This document shows positions 31,361 to 45,871 of a DNA stretch of 64,000 nucleotides, one piece after another. The notes beneath the pieces are model-generated. The model did not search any database, was not told the origin of the DNA, and saw nothing but the letters and a program-made list of their open reading frames with translations. Numbering within the stretch: position 1 is the first letter of the stretch; each line of letters starts with the position of its first letter. This stretch comes from Octopus sinensis (lineage: Eukaryota). The DNA is taken from the NCBI RefSeq assembly GCF_006345805.1, contig NC_043007.1:49538001-49602000 (forward strand), given 5' to 3'. The translations under genes were made by a program, and so were the position numbers.

Positions 31361-33555
31361 GAAGTGCAGTAGCTCTATGAAATCCAAGATAGGTCAAGAA
31401 ATATAGTGGTCCAAGAAGGCATAAAGATAACTACAGAAATTATAAAAAAGCAGTTAAGAAAATCCCCAAATTGGATGAGTCCAGGACCGGATGGGGTCCG
31501 AGGGTATTGGATGAAGAAGCTCAGAGGGCTCCATGAAAGGATAACACAACAGATAGATGAGTGCTTGCAGGAAGGCGCAGTACCCAGCTGGATAACAAAG
31601 GGAAAGACATTGTTATGTGCCAAGGATCCTGAAAAGGGAAATGTTGCATCAAACTTTAGATCAATAACATGCCTTCCGCTAACGTGGAAACTAATGCCAG
31701 GTGCATTGACCGGTGAACTGTATTAATACTTGGAAAAAAGTGAGCTGCTACTCATTGAACAGAAATGGTGCCGAAAAAAGAGCCGGGGAACGAAAGATCA
31801 GCTCTTAATTGATAATCTAATTATCAAGAACTGCAAAAGAAGACATACAAACCTAAGCATGGCATGGGTTGACTACCGTAAAGCATACAATATAATACCA
31901 CACTCTTGGTTAACAAGAACAATGGAAATGTATGGAGTAGCAGAGAATATTAGAAGCCTTATAGGGAACAGCATGATATATTGGAGAACGGAATTGACAG
32001 CAAGGAAGCAAGTATTAGGAGAGATGAAGAATCAAGAGAGGAATCTTCTAGGGTGACAGTGTGTCCCCACTGATATTCGTACTGGGAATAATCCCCCTGA
32101 GTGAAATACTGCAGAAAACAAACGTGGGGTTTGATGTGGGAAGCGGTAAGAGAAAACTAAACCATTTGCACTTCATGGACAACATGAAGCTATTAAAAAA
32201 AACTGAGGCAGAACTGGACAGCTTAGTCCAGTCTTTGCAGATTTTCTCCAATGATATTAAAATGGTGTTTGGACTCTTAAAATGTGCTACAATGGTGATG
32301 AAACGAGAAAAGCTTGTCAGGACAGAAGGCATATGGTTGACAAGTGGTGAAATGATGAAGGCAATTCAATCTCAATCCAGCTATAAGTACCTGGGAATAC
32401 TTGAGGCAGATGGAGTCAAACACCACGACAAAAAGGAAAAGACAAAAAGATTACCTGCGGCGAGTGAAAAAAATATTGGCTTCAAGACTGAATGCCAGAA
32501 ACATATGTCGGCAATAAACTCGCGCGCAATCGCAGTAGTTCGATATGTCGCTGGAATCCTGAAGTGGACAGGGGAGGAGCTAAAGAAGATGGACAGGAAG
32601 TCAAGAAAGCTCCTAACGATGCCTGGAGCCCATCATCCACGTGTAGGCACTGATCGCCTATACATGAAGAGACACAATGGAGGAAGGGGACTGGTAAGTG
32701 GGGAAGATTACGTGCGTATCGAAACTGAGAAATTAATGAGATACCTAGCTCAAAGTAAGGAAACCTTGCTAGCAACAGTTAAGAATGAGGGAGTATTGAA
32801 AGCAGAGAAAAAAGGGAAAACAAAGGAAGAAGTACAAAAAGGACTACGCAAGTAGTTACTACGCAATCAGTTCCATGTAGCCACAACAGAAGTTGCTGGG
32901 AAAAGAACCCTAAAAAGAGACCGGGAGCACTATACTGTTAGCACAGGACCAAGCTCTGGCCACGATGTCGAGGGTCAAACTGAGGAATGAGCAAGTGTCT
33001 CCGATGTGCCGCATCTGGAACAGAGTGGGTGAAACCATTTTCCATATCAAGAACAAATGCCCTAGACTTACCCAAAACCACGTGTTGTGGCGACACGACC
33101 AGGTAGCAAAAGTGCTACATTGGAAACTGCGAAAGTAGGGGCTAGACAGAGGAAAGACGCGGTAATGAGCACAAACCGCAGAGTGGCAGAGTCGGAGACT
33201 AGCAAAATCCTCTGGAAGTTCCCAAACCAAACTGACCAGGTGCTAGAACATAACATACCGAACCATGTGGTAGTGGACAAGATGCACTACATACGCTATA
33301 TCATTGACGTTGCATGCCCCTTTGACCCTTGGGAACAATATCAGAAGGCATCGAAAGGAACATATAAGAAATTGGAATACAGTAGAACTGTTACAAAAGG
33401 TTTGCCTTCTTAGCACGGCGAGAATAATCTGGAAAGTATTACATAGCTGAAAAGAACGAATAGCATGGTACCGTAGGCTGAAAGTAGTAAGCCCGATACG
33501 TATGCAAGACTTCAAGAGCTCCAACAAAACCTGTGATAAAGACAAAATTATAGAA
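31361..33555 (+). mobile_element. R4/Dong family C, decayed RT-to-3' fragment
   Basis: WMSPGPDG, NFRSITCL, FMDN(D), GGRGL and IDVACPFD motifs with many frameshifts. Confidence 0.85.
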
Positions 33556-34010
33556 ATAATAATGATTTCATTTACTTACCACAAGATTGTGGCGGTTTAG
33601 ATATAATAGTGAAATGATAAAAAAAAATATAATAAAAAAAGGCGTAGGAGTGGCTGTGTGGTAAGTGTAGCATCTTGGATGTCTTCTACTTATTGCATCG
33701 AACCGATAAAAGCCTTGTGAATGGATTGATGGACAGAAACTGAAAGAAGCTTGTCGTGTATATGCTGTCCTTACCTTCGAAAGTGGAGTAGTTGAAGCAA
33801 GGACAACTGAAGAAGGGGAATATTCTTTATGGTGTATGTCTCGCATCTCTGGGTTTTTTTTTTCGTTGTCCGAAAAAAAGTTCGTTTCTATGTTTTTGTT
33901 TTTGTTTTCTTTTCTCATTGTGTTCAACGTTTTTTTGATGTCCTGTATCCATATATGCATGTATATATACATATATATGTAGGTATGTACATATATGTAT
34001 GTATATATGC

Positions 34011-34088
<78 letters not shown>

Positions 34089-34210
34089 TATAATATATAT
34101 AAGGAAACAGTTGGGATTTACCCTAACTACCTATCCCGAACGTTAAAATAATACATCTGTTTGTTGTTTACACACCCGTCTTCGTCTTTTGTTTTTTGGC
34201 AAATTCTCAC

Positions 34211-34287
<77 letters not shown>

Positions 34288-34624
34288 GTATATCAGCATT
34301 TTCCTATTGAAGTACATTTGCTTATCCCATTATCACAAGTAATATATACCCATATTTAGTGACGTATGTAAATGAAGACACAGAGCGAAATTGAGAATTA
34401 TGGAAATATTATTTGCAGACTTGTTGAATAACAAACCAGGAAAATGGAAAGCTTTGGTATTATTTATTCTCTATTACACGTGCTTCATTTGCTAATAGAA
34501 ATTATAGAGATTTCCATTTTATATAGACAATCTGGAGTGTATATTAGCAATAATTATAATATAGAATATGGAGACTTATTCATCCGCAAAATTTATTTCC
34601 TCTTATTTTATAATTACATACAAA

Positions 34625-35886
34625 ATATTTCATGGTTGTTACGATCTACACGTGTTTTCACTGTACAAAGTACAATCACATGCAACCGGACATGATTTTC
34701 TGTGCAGCTTCTTCAGGGTCTTTCCATTTGCTCAGTTTCAAAGCAAACTAAATAGAGTTAACTGTCTGTTAGTTAGGGTTCTGTTGTTATCTATTCCTGC
34801 CTCATCATCTTGTTTGGTAATATCACTATTTCTGTTGGTATGTCCGTTTGTCTTGCCACTTCTACTATTTTTACTGGTCCTTCGGAAGTGTGATAGACTT
34901 CTCACATTGGTGTGTTGCTATTATCTGCGTGAGGTTAAATCTAGTGGGAAAAGCGAGTCAGACATTGTGCATATTGAATATTTTATGGTATTTGCTAGAC
35001 TTGGAAAGGTGTTTCTCGATCGCGGTGTAAAACAGCTTCGGAATGTCGGACATTATTTGTTTCCCGAATCCAGTATTACACAAGAGAGTACTCCTGGAAT
35101 CCCTAGAGATGACGGTAAAATGAATATCACGAGCTAAAGCAAACTAATCTGGTCCATTAAAGATAGGAACCATAGCTTTACCACAGAGTGGGAAATAATC
35201 AGTACAGCTAAACCATATCGTGCTGGAGGAGGCAGATATGAGCCGTATATAGATGACATCTGCCAAATCGTGACATAAATTGCTTGAACGAGTCTTCAGA
35301 AGCTTGCATAAGTATACCAATACATTTAAGAAATTTAAAGAATTTTCTAGATAACTGGACATCCCACCCACAGTTAGGAGAGAAGGGTAGGATAGAAAAA
35401 CATAGTAAACTAAAACAATTCATGACCTTCCATAACCAACCCAGTATATATTCTACCCACTTTATGCTATCAAACATTGACTGCACAGCCAGTAAATATA
35501 TGAAAAATTAAAAAAGTTAACTGACAAGCAATATACTTAGATATAAGGCTGTCAGGTACGCAACTACTACAATACACAAACAAATATGCCAAAACAGAAA
35601 CATCAGACATGACCTAGTTAGATAGAACACTGACTCCGGACCGCAACGGGTGTGAAATAGGGGTCAACCGCACAAGCTTACACACAGATCAGATTTCAGT
35701 TTCAAAACACCTCCACTACCTCCCACTGAACCCTAACTAACAAACAACTAACTTCATTCAACTTTTAAACTGAGAAAATGGACGGATGCCGAAAAAATAA
35801 ACAGAGAATTATGCACGGTTGCATGTGCAACTGATCGTACTTTGTGCTGTGGAAACACGTGTAGAACGTAAAAGCCATAAAGATAT
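34625..35886 (-). mobile_element. Penelope-like element remnant with inverted pseudo-LTRs
   Basis: Diverged inverted repeats of about 160 bp (34625-34781 and 35728-35886). ORF remnant resembling KHFP..KYHKIFN.HNV near 34900-35100. Decayed hammerhead CTGAAGA...CATGTC at 34685-34719. Confidence 0.6.
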
Positions 35887-36670
35887 GCTGTAATTATAAA
35901 ATAAGAGGATGAATAAGTTTCCATATTCAATATCTATATTATAATCTGCTTGTTCGTTCGCCCATTATACATTAGTTGGAGGTGGAGTGAGTGAGTGAGA
36001 GAGAGAGAGAGAGAGAGAGAGAAAGAAAGCGAGAGATAGGGGAGGAGTGAGGAAATAAGAGAGGAAGAAGCAGAGAAAAAGGATTAATATTAATACACTA
36101 AGTGTGACCAAAAGGTCACATGGTCAGCTGAATGTAGAGGTGAAGGACGGGAGAAGAAGAAGACGAGAAAAAAGAGGGAGAGAAAAGTGTTAACGACGTC
36201 CGGCGGGGAAGGAATACTTATTACGTGGTTAAGGAAAGGTAGATAGAGAGAGATGGATAAGGGAAGCAATTATATTAAGAGATAGAGAGAGAGAGAGAGA
36301 GAGAGGCAGATAGCGGTGATGGTTGTTGTTGTTGTTGTGGTGGTGGTGGTGGTAGTGGTGGTTGTGGTAGTGGTGGTGGTGTGTTGATACCGAAAAGTAG
36401 TTTTTTATTGAACTATTTTTTTTATAGCGACCATCGCTGAAAGTATGCGCTTTAGTGCAATTATCTATCGTCTGCTCGCTTGAAAAAAATTGATATTTGC
36501 TTATAAGGACTAAATTAGCCTAAACTCTGGATTCAAAATAAACACTGTTGCAAGTGGTTCGGAAAAGGATTCGCAGATGTAGAGTACGAAGATATGATAA
36601 AAAAGCCAAAAGGATAACACCAACGGAGACGTGAGGAATTGAAAGGAAACGAACGTCAAGAATATCAATG

Positions 36671-36922
36671 TGGAGGCGCGTGGCTTAGTGGTTAGGGTGT
36701 CAGCATCATGATCGTAAGATTGTGGTTTATTTTCCTGGACCGGGCGATGCGTTGTGTTCTTGAGCAAAACATTTCATTTCACGTTGCTCCAGTCCACTCA
36801 GCTGGCAAAAATGAGTAACGCTTCGATGGACTGGCGTTTTGTCAAGCTGGGGAACACATACGCCATTGAAGATGGGAAACCGGGCCCATGAGCCTGGCTA
36901 GGCTTGAAAAGGGCGACGTTTA
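36671..36922 (+). mobile_element. tRNA-derived SINE family IV
   Basis: A box TGGCTTAGTGG, decayed B box, tail GGGAAACCGGGCCCATGAGCCTGGCTAGGCTTGAAAAGGGC. Confidence 0.8.
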
Positions 36923-37560
36923 AACTATGAACGCTACAAAAATGCAAATCATCCATTCTTTCTTAAATAGGTCTTCTTAAATTTTTCCTTCTGTGGAACT
37001 TATACGGGTCCCACTATCGTCATAATTATTGCATATTTGTGTATATATAGAAGCAATTATGCGTATATACAAATTAGATGCATAAAATATATTAAATATA
37101 TTATACTAATATATTTAATCTATTTAATGTAACTAATTTGTTTATCCGCATAATTGCCTCTAAATTCGGTCAACTTGATCCTCTTATAGCCTTTCTTGAC
37201 CTTTACAATCGATCCCCTTTAAAGACATCGGAGTCTGAATCTTTTGAACAGTATAAAGTGTCGTCTGTATGTTTGTGTGTGTGTATGTGTGTGTGGTTGT
37301 GTGTGTGTTTGTGTTTGTTTGCCCTCCCCCACCACCACCACTTGACAACTGGTGTTGATGTGTTTACGTCCCCGTAAAACAGACCGCTAAAATAAATACC
37401 TAGGTTAAAATAGTAAGTACTGGAGTCGATTCGTTCGACTAAAAATTTCTTCAAGACGGTACTCCAGCATGGCCTCAGTCTAATGACTGAAACAAGTGTG
37501 TGTGTGTGTGTGTGTGTGTTAAGAGGTTGAATTAAAAATACTGTAGATAAATTTTATAAC

Positions 37561-37791
37561 CTGTTGAAAAGCTCCACCTAAAAATCGAAGCGCTGCGAAG
37601 ACCCATATGTTTGGTGAGAGTGCACTTCCGGACGCACATAGCATGAGGAAAAATGTACACCCAACATGAACTGGTTTCCGACCTATTTTATCTGCAAAGG
37701 CCGTAAATATCAAAGCACCAGCTCCTTGGCCTGCAGTAAATAAAGATTGTGTTAATTCCGCCAAGCCGTCTTTATCACAAACCAGGTTCCA
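37561..37791 (-). CDS. SLC22 exon 3 (TM2-TM4)
   Basis: WNLVCDKDGLAELTQSLFTAGQGAGALIFTAFADKIGRKPVH...FAALRFLGGAFQQ. Acceptor cag, donor GTTATA, phase 0/0. Confidence 0.93.
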
Positions 37792-38012
37792 CTGTAACGA
37801 AAACAAAGGAAGTGAGAGATACGTAATAGTTTTCGATTTTATGCCAAAAATACATGTAATAGAAAAACATATTGAAATTTAAAAGATATCTGGATGATGA
37901 TAAGAACAAGATAAGTCAAAGAGAGCATCAGCAAAATTCTAAACGAAGAAACTTGTAAGATGTTTGCTTCCCGACTACATATTTCGGGATTCAATTCCAT
38001 TACGTGGCATGT

Positions 38013-38067
<55 letters not shown>

Positions 38068-38090
38068 ATGTATATATATATGTATATATA

Positions 38091-38151
<61 letters not shown>

Positions 38152-38574
38152 AGAGAGAAAGAGAGACAGGGGGGGATAAGAAACGGAGCAATTTACAGCG
38201 GGAAGTGGATCATTGGTCATTATTTAATTAAGATGAGAGTATGTTTGCAGCTGTTTCTGCATATCAAGCTGAGGTAAATTCGAATTTACCTCGTTACAGT
38301 TGATAGACGTTTCAGAACGATTCTATGGCAAGGGTCACATAGAAGAAAAATAGAAAGAAAATTTAAAGAAAGGAAAGGAAAAAGGAAAAAAATATTTCGT
38401 TTTTGGATTTGGTTTGCAAGATTCTTTATATTGGTTGTGTTTGGAGAGAGTCATTTTCTTTTTGTGCCTTATAATGTAACACTCACCGGTAAAATTTCCA
38501 CTTATTTCTTATTTTTATTTTCCTAAAATTTTCGTTACGTCTTGCAACCTTTTCAATAGTCTTGACTCTTTAAT

Positions 38575-39420
38575 CATGCCACGTACAAAGAAGCCTTGGA
38601 ACTGTCCGAATTTCAAAGAGGCCTTGTTGTGGATCAATCTGATGGTGGAATTAATGTAAGAAAAGTGTGGAGGAAAATCTTCGTTGCAAGGCATCTGGCA
38701 TAAAAGAACAAATTGATGTCAGTCCCAGAAGAGCTGTCAGATATTTCTACAATTTGGCTACTATTGTAGAGCAGCAAGAAGGAAGCCATTTCTTCGACAA
38801 GCCAATATCAAGCGGGGAAAATATTAGGCCAGTGAGATGGTGGAGAGGCCACTAGCATTTCGGTACACTGTCATATTCTCTGATAAGTCTAGATTTGCTG
38901 TATTTTCTGGCAGTGGTCGCGGGCGGGTCTGGAAACTCAAAAATTTGACATGAAAAGATTACAGCAAACTATGAAATATGGTGGCTATTCTGTGATGCTC
39001 TGGGGAGCAATTTGGAACAATGGTCGATCAGAGCTGGTGGAGTGTAAGGGAAACATAAACTCAGATAAATATTTGTCTATATAGCGGAAAGAACTCGTTC
39101 CATCTTCTCTAGTGGTGAAATGATTACCAAAGACTCGTTATTTGTGGAAGACAGGGCTCCTTGACACACGCCTAAAATGACCCAAGATTGGTTGGAAGAC
39201 AGTGGTATTAAAAAGCTTCCATGGCCAAGCCTGTCACTAGATATGAACTGAATACCTCTGAGGCATAATGGACAGGACACTTCATAGAAAGAACAAGAAA
39301 GTATCCTCAAAGCGAGACTTTTGAGATTACTGTATGAAACTTGGCAAGATATTCCTCAAGAGAATATTCGTCATCTGATCAGTAGCATGCTTAATAAGGT
39401 CCTTGCAGTGAAAAATGTCT
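38575..39420 (+). mobile_element. Tc1-like transposase remnant
   Basis: SDKSRF, GG.SVMLWGAI, G.INSDKY and WP..S..MN-like motifs across frames. TIRs were not resolved. Confidence 0.7.
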
Positions 39421-40397
39421 ACTAAATATTAGATATATAATAATTAATAAATAATAAATAAATAATTTGAAATTATAATTTCAGATTTAAATAATTTAAA
39501 CGATTGTCTATTTACTTCTGTCATGTCTATATACGTAATAATATGATGATGATGATGATGATGGGTTTCCTTAATGTTAGAGCAAACCCACTTCTACTCA
39601 ATTATTGGCTAAGCCAAAACAAATCACCAGTCCAGCGTGTAATTGAATCGAACCCGGTATCCATAGTAACAAAAGAAACTTCATAACTAAAAAGCCATAA
39701 GTGCTTACTTGAGTTGTTTATTCTTGAAAATTCAGTTGTGTTGGTCTTAGAACATTTCCCATAAAAGAGTTAAGTTCTCTAGAGGAATAAAGGGAGCAGC
39801 TCGCCGCCATAATTTGGTGGGAGAGGGTAAGTCACATCGACCCAAGTATTTGACTGGTACTTATTTTATCGGGTCTGAAAGGATGAAAGGCAAAGTCGAC
39901 TTCAGTGGAATTTGAAATCAGAACGCAAAGGCGAACAAAATATGACCAGCCTCGTATTCAGGAAGTTTAGGGATCTGTTCTACATGGGGAAAACGACAGG
40001 AAACTCCTTCGGTGTGACAAAGCTAACGACGAGCCCTCTCTGTAATCTAATGACCTGTTAGAAATAGCAGACTAACCTCCCTCAAATCACACTATACCGT
40101 TTTAAAAATATGAAGGGATAACTATAACTATATTCCTATATAACTATATTAACTATTGGATAACTATATTCCTAGATAAACTACGTTTGAGTAAAGGTCT
40201 GATTGATCATGATGAGAATGATTTAGACAGAAATACTCGATCTGGGTTGTCTGGTCGCTAGACAGCAAAAACATTTCTCTTTCAATATCTAATATAATTT
40301 TAACCGTTGAAAGATATGTCTGAAAGCGGATGTGTTAATGAGACAGAAAGGAAGAGAGGTGTAGGGGAAATAATATCTAAAATATTAACATTCTTAC

Positions 40398-40594
40398 CTC
40401 TATCACAAAAGAGATATCTTTATTTGCTGAGTAGTTGTGTCCATTAATACAGGAGAGCTCATCTGTAATATTTTTCAAGCCACGAAATATGTTAATGTGA
40501 CACTTCTCATAACTGATGTCATCGTATGATGTCACGTTGTATATGGACAGTTGTTCCTCCGAGAGATCCTTGCATTGATGTTCTGGAGTGTAAC
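40398..40594 (-). CDS. SLC22 exon 2 (large extracellular loop)
   Basis: Acceptor ttttcttttcag. Translation (G)YTPEHQCKDLSEEQLSIYNVTSYDDISYEKCHINIFRGLKNITDELSCINGHNYSANKDISFVIE with loop cysteines and N-glycosylation sequons. Donor GTAAGA. Confidence 0.9.
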
Positions 40595-41639
40595 CTGAAA
40601 AGAAAATGCTATTTCTTAAACTTAAAGTTCCTTTTATTTTATGTCAAAATGTCTGAGATAAGTAGTCTTATAATTTTCTCAGATTTTTAACCCCATCTTC
40701 AAATATGAAACTACTGCGTTTTCCTCAATTTCGTCTCCAATCATCTCAAAGCATTCTATTCCTGGATGTGTGCAGAATAATAGACCGGATCCATACCAGA
40801 AAATTTAATTTATTTCTCTTTTTAAAAAATATTAATTCTCTTTGTTAACCGCCTTCTCGTAATGTAAAATTTGAAGTAGCCTCCGTTCAGTTGGACGCTT
40901 GGAGATTAATGCTTGTACAAAGAGTACGTTTCAAGGAAGATTAATTAAAGAGTTTGTGCAGGGGATTTTGCATTGTGAGATGAAGAGCTAAAAAAGAAGA
41001 GAAGGTGTTGGAATGAGAATTGTAGAGTATGTGCTGATTGGGATGTGTACTCTTATTGGTTAGCAGTTGTGTTGAATGCGAGCTGTGAGTGTATGGAGGG
41101 ATAATTTCATATCATGTTTTGTGTATTTAAGATATGATATTGAAAGTGTTATTTGGAGTGCGGTTTGTATCAAACAGTAAACATGTTTTGACTGCGTGTA
41201 ATGTTGTCTTCCTTGTAGAATATCTTGACCGTCGGACAAAACGCTTTGCTTTATTCCGTTGCGATACGTTACATTCTGATTTTACATATCGTCAAAGTTA
41301 ACTTTGTCTTTCATTCTTTCGACATCGATAAAACAAAGTACCAGTCAAATACTGGGATCGATGTAATAGACTAACCTCCTGCTTACATAACTGTCTTAGG
41401 ACAGCGAGCAGGCAGAATCATTAGTTTGCCAGGGAAAAAACATGCATTGTGGTATTTTTTCAGTCTCTTTACGTTCTGAGTTCAAATTGTTCCGAGGTCA
41501 GTATTGCATTTCATGTTCTCGGAGTCAATAAAATAAAGTACCTGTCAATTACCGGGGTTGGTGTAATCTACTTGTCCCACCTCTATAAAAATTTCTCGTG
41601 CGACAGTTAGAAAAAATATAACAAAGCTATTATAAGCTA

Positions 41640-42100
41640 ATTTATTAAGCAGAGATTTGGGGAGACAAGTTTCCTCAAATTTCAATAATCTTTCTTACAC
41701 CATTTGTGTCTTTTGCTTTGTATAGTCGTACCTCGTCTTGTTACTGCTGTAGTATTGTCTGTATTTATGGAGAAATCCCATAAATACTGAAGTTATCATT
41801 CACCATACTGGAACTGAAGCATATTTATACCATTTTTCCATCACTTTAAATTCACACACTTAGCTAACATCTTACTGCACTCTTTCATAGATATAATCAT
41901 GCCTGCATTGAACATCTCTTTATACTAGTTTACTGTACTTAGTTTCGAAATGGTTAATACTTTCGTCCCCTTTTCCACATATTCTGTATTTACTCTCTCA
42001 TACGATTTATAACTCTTTCTATCAAGTTTGGTCTAATGGCTTGTTCTTTTGTGTCTATAATTGGTGATTCGGTGTCTCGTCCCAGGTTTCCATCAGTCAA
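41640..42100 (-). mobile_element. Old R4/Dong-like 3' fragment
   Basis: Decayed C(R)ICGKG.ESINH and ILWDFSINTD motifs. Confidence 0.5.
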
Positions 42101-42442
42101 ACACCACTATTGTTAGCGTTCTTTCTTCTGAGTATCGTCGCAAGTTCACACATGAAATAATTCTTGTGTTGTTTTGAATTCTTGAACATGGACACTGCTC
42201 ACTGCAATGTCTCACAAAAAGAGGGGCTTTCTCTGAACCCATCATAACATCGATGTTTCTCTGGTTAAAGGTGGGAAAGCAGAGAGTGTGTTTATATACA
42301 TTCATGACTAAAAAGATACCCAAAATGATTAAGGGAGACTTGGCCATTGTCTGGGTAAGTGTCTTTTGCGCAGAAGAAGGAAAAGCCTACGGAGCCAATA
42401 ACCTGACATTCACAGAGATTGTGCGGAAAATACTCACTCATA

Positions 42443-43352
42443 TGCTTGTGCATATCAAAAAGTTCCAGGACTAGTTATATTGAATAAAAAACAAGAACTT
42501 ATCTACCTAAGTTTTAACATCGAAATAGTCACCTTGCGCAGCAATGCACCGATCTCAGCGTTCCTGCCATTTTTTGGAATCCAGTCGTTTTCCGTAAGCG
42601 AGTCTGAGACCTTCTGCGATTTGCTCTGGATTTCGACAATGGTGTTAAAACGGCGACCTCTGAGCTGTATTTTCGTCTTGAGAAAGCGATGGAAGTCCGT
42701 AGGTGCCAAATCTGGTGAATGAGGCGGGTGCAGAAGCGATACCATGTTGCTTTTGGCGAGAAACTCACGAGTGAGGAGAGCTCGATGACAGGGTGGATTG
42801 TCGTCATAAAGAATTCAATTCTTCGCTTTCCACAGATCCGGTCGATTTTGCCGAATGCCCTCCCTCAAAAGCTTCAAAACTTCGCAGTAGAACTCTCGAT
42901 TGTCGGTGTCGAACTGTGGGACGAATTCTCGATGTACAATACCACTTTTCCGGGGGTGACGCTTGTAGCAGATCTTTCAGATAGCTCATAATCTTCCAGG
43001 GTCGTTCTTCTCCTTTCGAAGTTCCAGTACCACTCAAAACATTGCATGCGACCCATTGCCTCTTTCCCGTAAGTTTGCCAAAATATGCTCAATGTCTCTG
43101 CAGCAGACTTTCCAGGTTTAACGCAACATTTTACGTTGGGTTTTTCTTCCTGTCCATGACAGAATCATAGACTACAGCATATACGCGATAACAAAATCTC
43201 AAATCTCACCATTTACGAAGTAAACATAGTAATGTCACTCAGCACACTGACTTATTTATGTCACTGCTAGCTCTCATTGTGCACGCAACGGTGTGCTGTC
43301 ACTGCTGGCACGCTACTGAACAAGTCCCGGAACTTTTTGGTTGCTCAACATG
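42443..43352 (-). mobile_element. Mariner transposon, internally deleted
   Basis: TIR CAAAAAGTTCCRGGACT at both ends. N-terminal HTH remnant joined directly to HPPHSPDLAPTDF, with the catalytic middle missing. Confidence 0.85.
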
Positions 43353-44033
43353 ATAAAAGTGTCACCATTAGAGGTATAGCAAATGATTGTGGCCCTTCGT
43401 TTGACACCTGTTTGAAGTCATGGATATGTACTAAACGTATAGATAAAGAGAAATCATACGTGGTCGGGAGGTGATCAACATTGACTTGCCAGCCCTAAGG
43501 CCCACAATGCTAATCTAGATTCTATACCTTGTTGTAGGCTCTGAATTTAAGGCAATGTGACTGATGGTGTAGGATAGAAAACCCAGTTGTTATACTTGTG
43601 ACAGCAAAAGCCACTTGAAGACTGATCAGGGTTTTTCAGGTTGATGTTCTGGTTGACCGGTTGCAGATCCGAAATGGCCGAAATTTGTTCCTCGTTTCAG
43701 GTTTCAGACGGAAACGTTGACAAAACACTCTGTCCCATCTATGAAAGTGGAAGAAATCAACTCAGGCCCGATCTAAAAAAAACGATAACTATGTAAATAG
43801 TCTCCCTACCATAACTAGAAACAACAGTACCAATCCATCGTCTTCTGACGAAAGGAATCGGAAACAAATTTGCAAGCAGTAGCAGAAAACACATTGAAGG
43901 TGGGCGAAAGACTTTGATTAGGCCATCCGTTTCAATTTAATAAGTGGAGAAAACCATTTCATTATTCAGTTACTTCGTAGCAAAAATAATAAAAATTCCT
44001 CCATGAATTTATGCTCGAGTTATTCATTTAGTC

Positions 44034-44162
<129 letters not shown>

Positions 44163-44165
44163 TAA

Positions 44166-45309
44166 TTCGTTTATTGGCCACAAGGGCTAACAAAAATCAA
44201 TTAAAACATAAAAGGATAAAACACGACGAAAGTTACAAAAGGTTTTGTCCGTTTGAAAAAAGTTCATGTACAAAAGCAGGATAACAACGAAATATAAGTA
44301 ACAATTAAAACTCCCAATAGGGGGAGGCGCTTCGAAGGTTACTCGTGGAAAAACTCATAAAAGCCACTGGAGCCTCGTCAAAAGAGGGGTAGAGAGCCCC
44401 TTTCTCCTTTTATAATTCCTTTTAATTTTTCACAGGTGTATCCTCAGAATTGGTCCGTTCATACTGGCCATTCTTGCAACATTCACCCACCTTTCAATAA
44501 GCTTGCTACCAGACAGCACTTCCCTCTCTACTCTCATCTTCCTTTTCAAGTGAAACTTGAAAAAGTTGATGAGGGCTTAGCCAAAGAAGAAAGTGTCTGA
44601 CCTTAGCCCTTTCAAACGGGTCCACCATATCACCTCTTTCGCTACAGCCACTAGGCAAAGGAAAACTGCCTTGCCCTCCCAGTTAAAGGAGGCCAGCGAG
44701 GCAATCCTCACTATGGATTCAGCTGATAGCCGGATCCGTCCTATACGCGACAGTAGCTGTTTGACATAAACCCATAGTTCAGCAATACTCGGGCACTGGA
44801 CGAGTGCGCGCAGAACCGTTTCGTCGTCCTGGGCGCATCTCGGGCAGGCCCGTCTGACGGCACATCCTTGCCGGTAGAGTTTATCCCGAAGAGGTAGCAC
44901 TGCCAGGCGAAGGACCTTTGGAGATTATCCATTGGCCCCAGCCCGAAAGTTCTCCCGAACAGACTGTTTGGCTCGTTATCGTCAACGCCTAGAGTTTCCC
45001 CGAGAACGTTGTCGCACTTTTCTTCCGCTAACCCTCTATAAAACGCTAGAGTGGAACCACTACCAATCGCATTGCCCGCTTGGTGGAGGGTGGAGAGAGC
45101 TTGACGGCACTCGAGGTGCCAAGCGCCCTTTCTCGGTCTGCGTTTGATCCAAGACTACAACTCTGTCAAAGAGACAAGCTGCGGGAAGTCGCGTCTGACA
45201 AAAGATGACCACACCTGTTCACCGTCTAGGAAACACTTGAGATGCCGTATCCTGAGCGCATGTCTGCGCATCAGTAACCACGGCATGCCAAGGCCTCCGT
45301 TCAGCGGCC

Positions 45310-45311
<2 letters not shown>
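44166..45311 (-). mobile_element. Tx1/L1-clade LINE, second subfamily, 5'-truncated, in (ATT)n
   Basis: GLGMPWLLMRRHAL and LRDKLYR.G...CPRC motifs homologous to 56354-58578. 3' end AGCCCTTGTGGCCAATAAACGAA. (ATT)n on both sides. Confidence 0.88.
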
Positions 45312-45368
<57 letters not shown>

Positions 45369-45369
<1 letters not shown>

Positions 45370-45768
45370 CCTTTCTACTATAGGTACAAGGCCTGAAATT
45401 TTGGGGGAGATGACTAGTCGATTACATCGACCCCAGTGTTTCATTGGTACTTAATTTATCGACCCCGAAAGGTTGAAAGGCGAAGTTGACCTTGGCGGAA
45501 TTTGAACTCAGAAAATGCAGACAGACGAAGTGCCGCAAATCATTTCGCCCGGTGCGCTAACAATTCTGTCAGCTTGCTGCCATAATTTGGTGGGAGGAGG
45601 TAAGTTGATCACATCGACCCAAGTATTTGACTGGTACTTATTTTATCGAGTCTGAAAGGATGAAAGGCAAAGTCGACCTCAGTGGAATTTGAACTCAGAA
45701 TGTAAAGGCGGACAAAATGCCGCTAAGCATTTTGGCCGGCGTGCTAACGATTCTGCCATGTCGCCTAT
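45369..45768 (-). mobile_element. Two tandem SINE family II copies
   Basis: Two cores, with (TAA)n arrays on both sides. Confidence 0.85.
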
Positions 45769-45796
45769 AATAATAATAATAATAATAATAGTAGTA

Positions 45797-45871
<75 letters not shown>

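Noticed and set aside
38271-38330. 22-bp perfect palindrome and a half hammerhead (stem-GAAACGTC) on the minus strand
   Set aside because: The CUGANGA core and the 5' strand of stem I are missing, so it is at most a remnant.
42093-42347. Hydrophobic-start ORF as a candidate SLC22 exon 1
   Set aside because: It has no SLC22 N-terminal motif or compatible donor, and it abuts a decayed LINE fragment. The exon at 54887-55028 fits better.
43843-43870. CTGACGA...GAAAC hammerhead-like spacing
   Set aside because: No pairing is possible for stems I, II or III.
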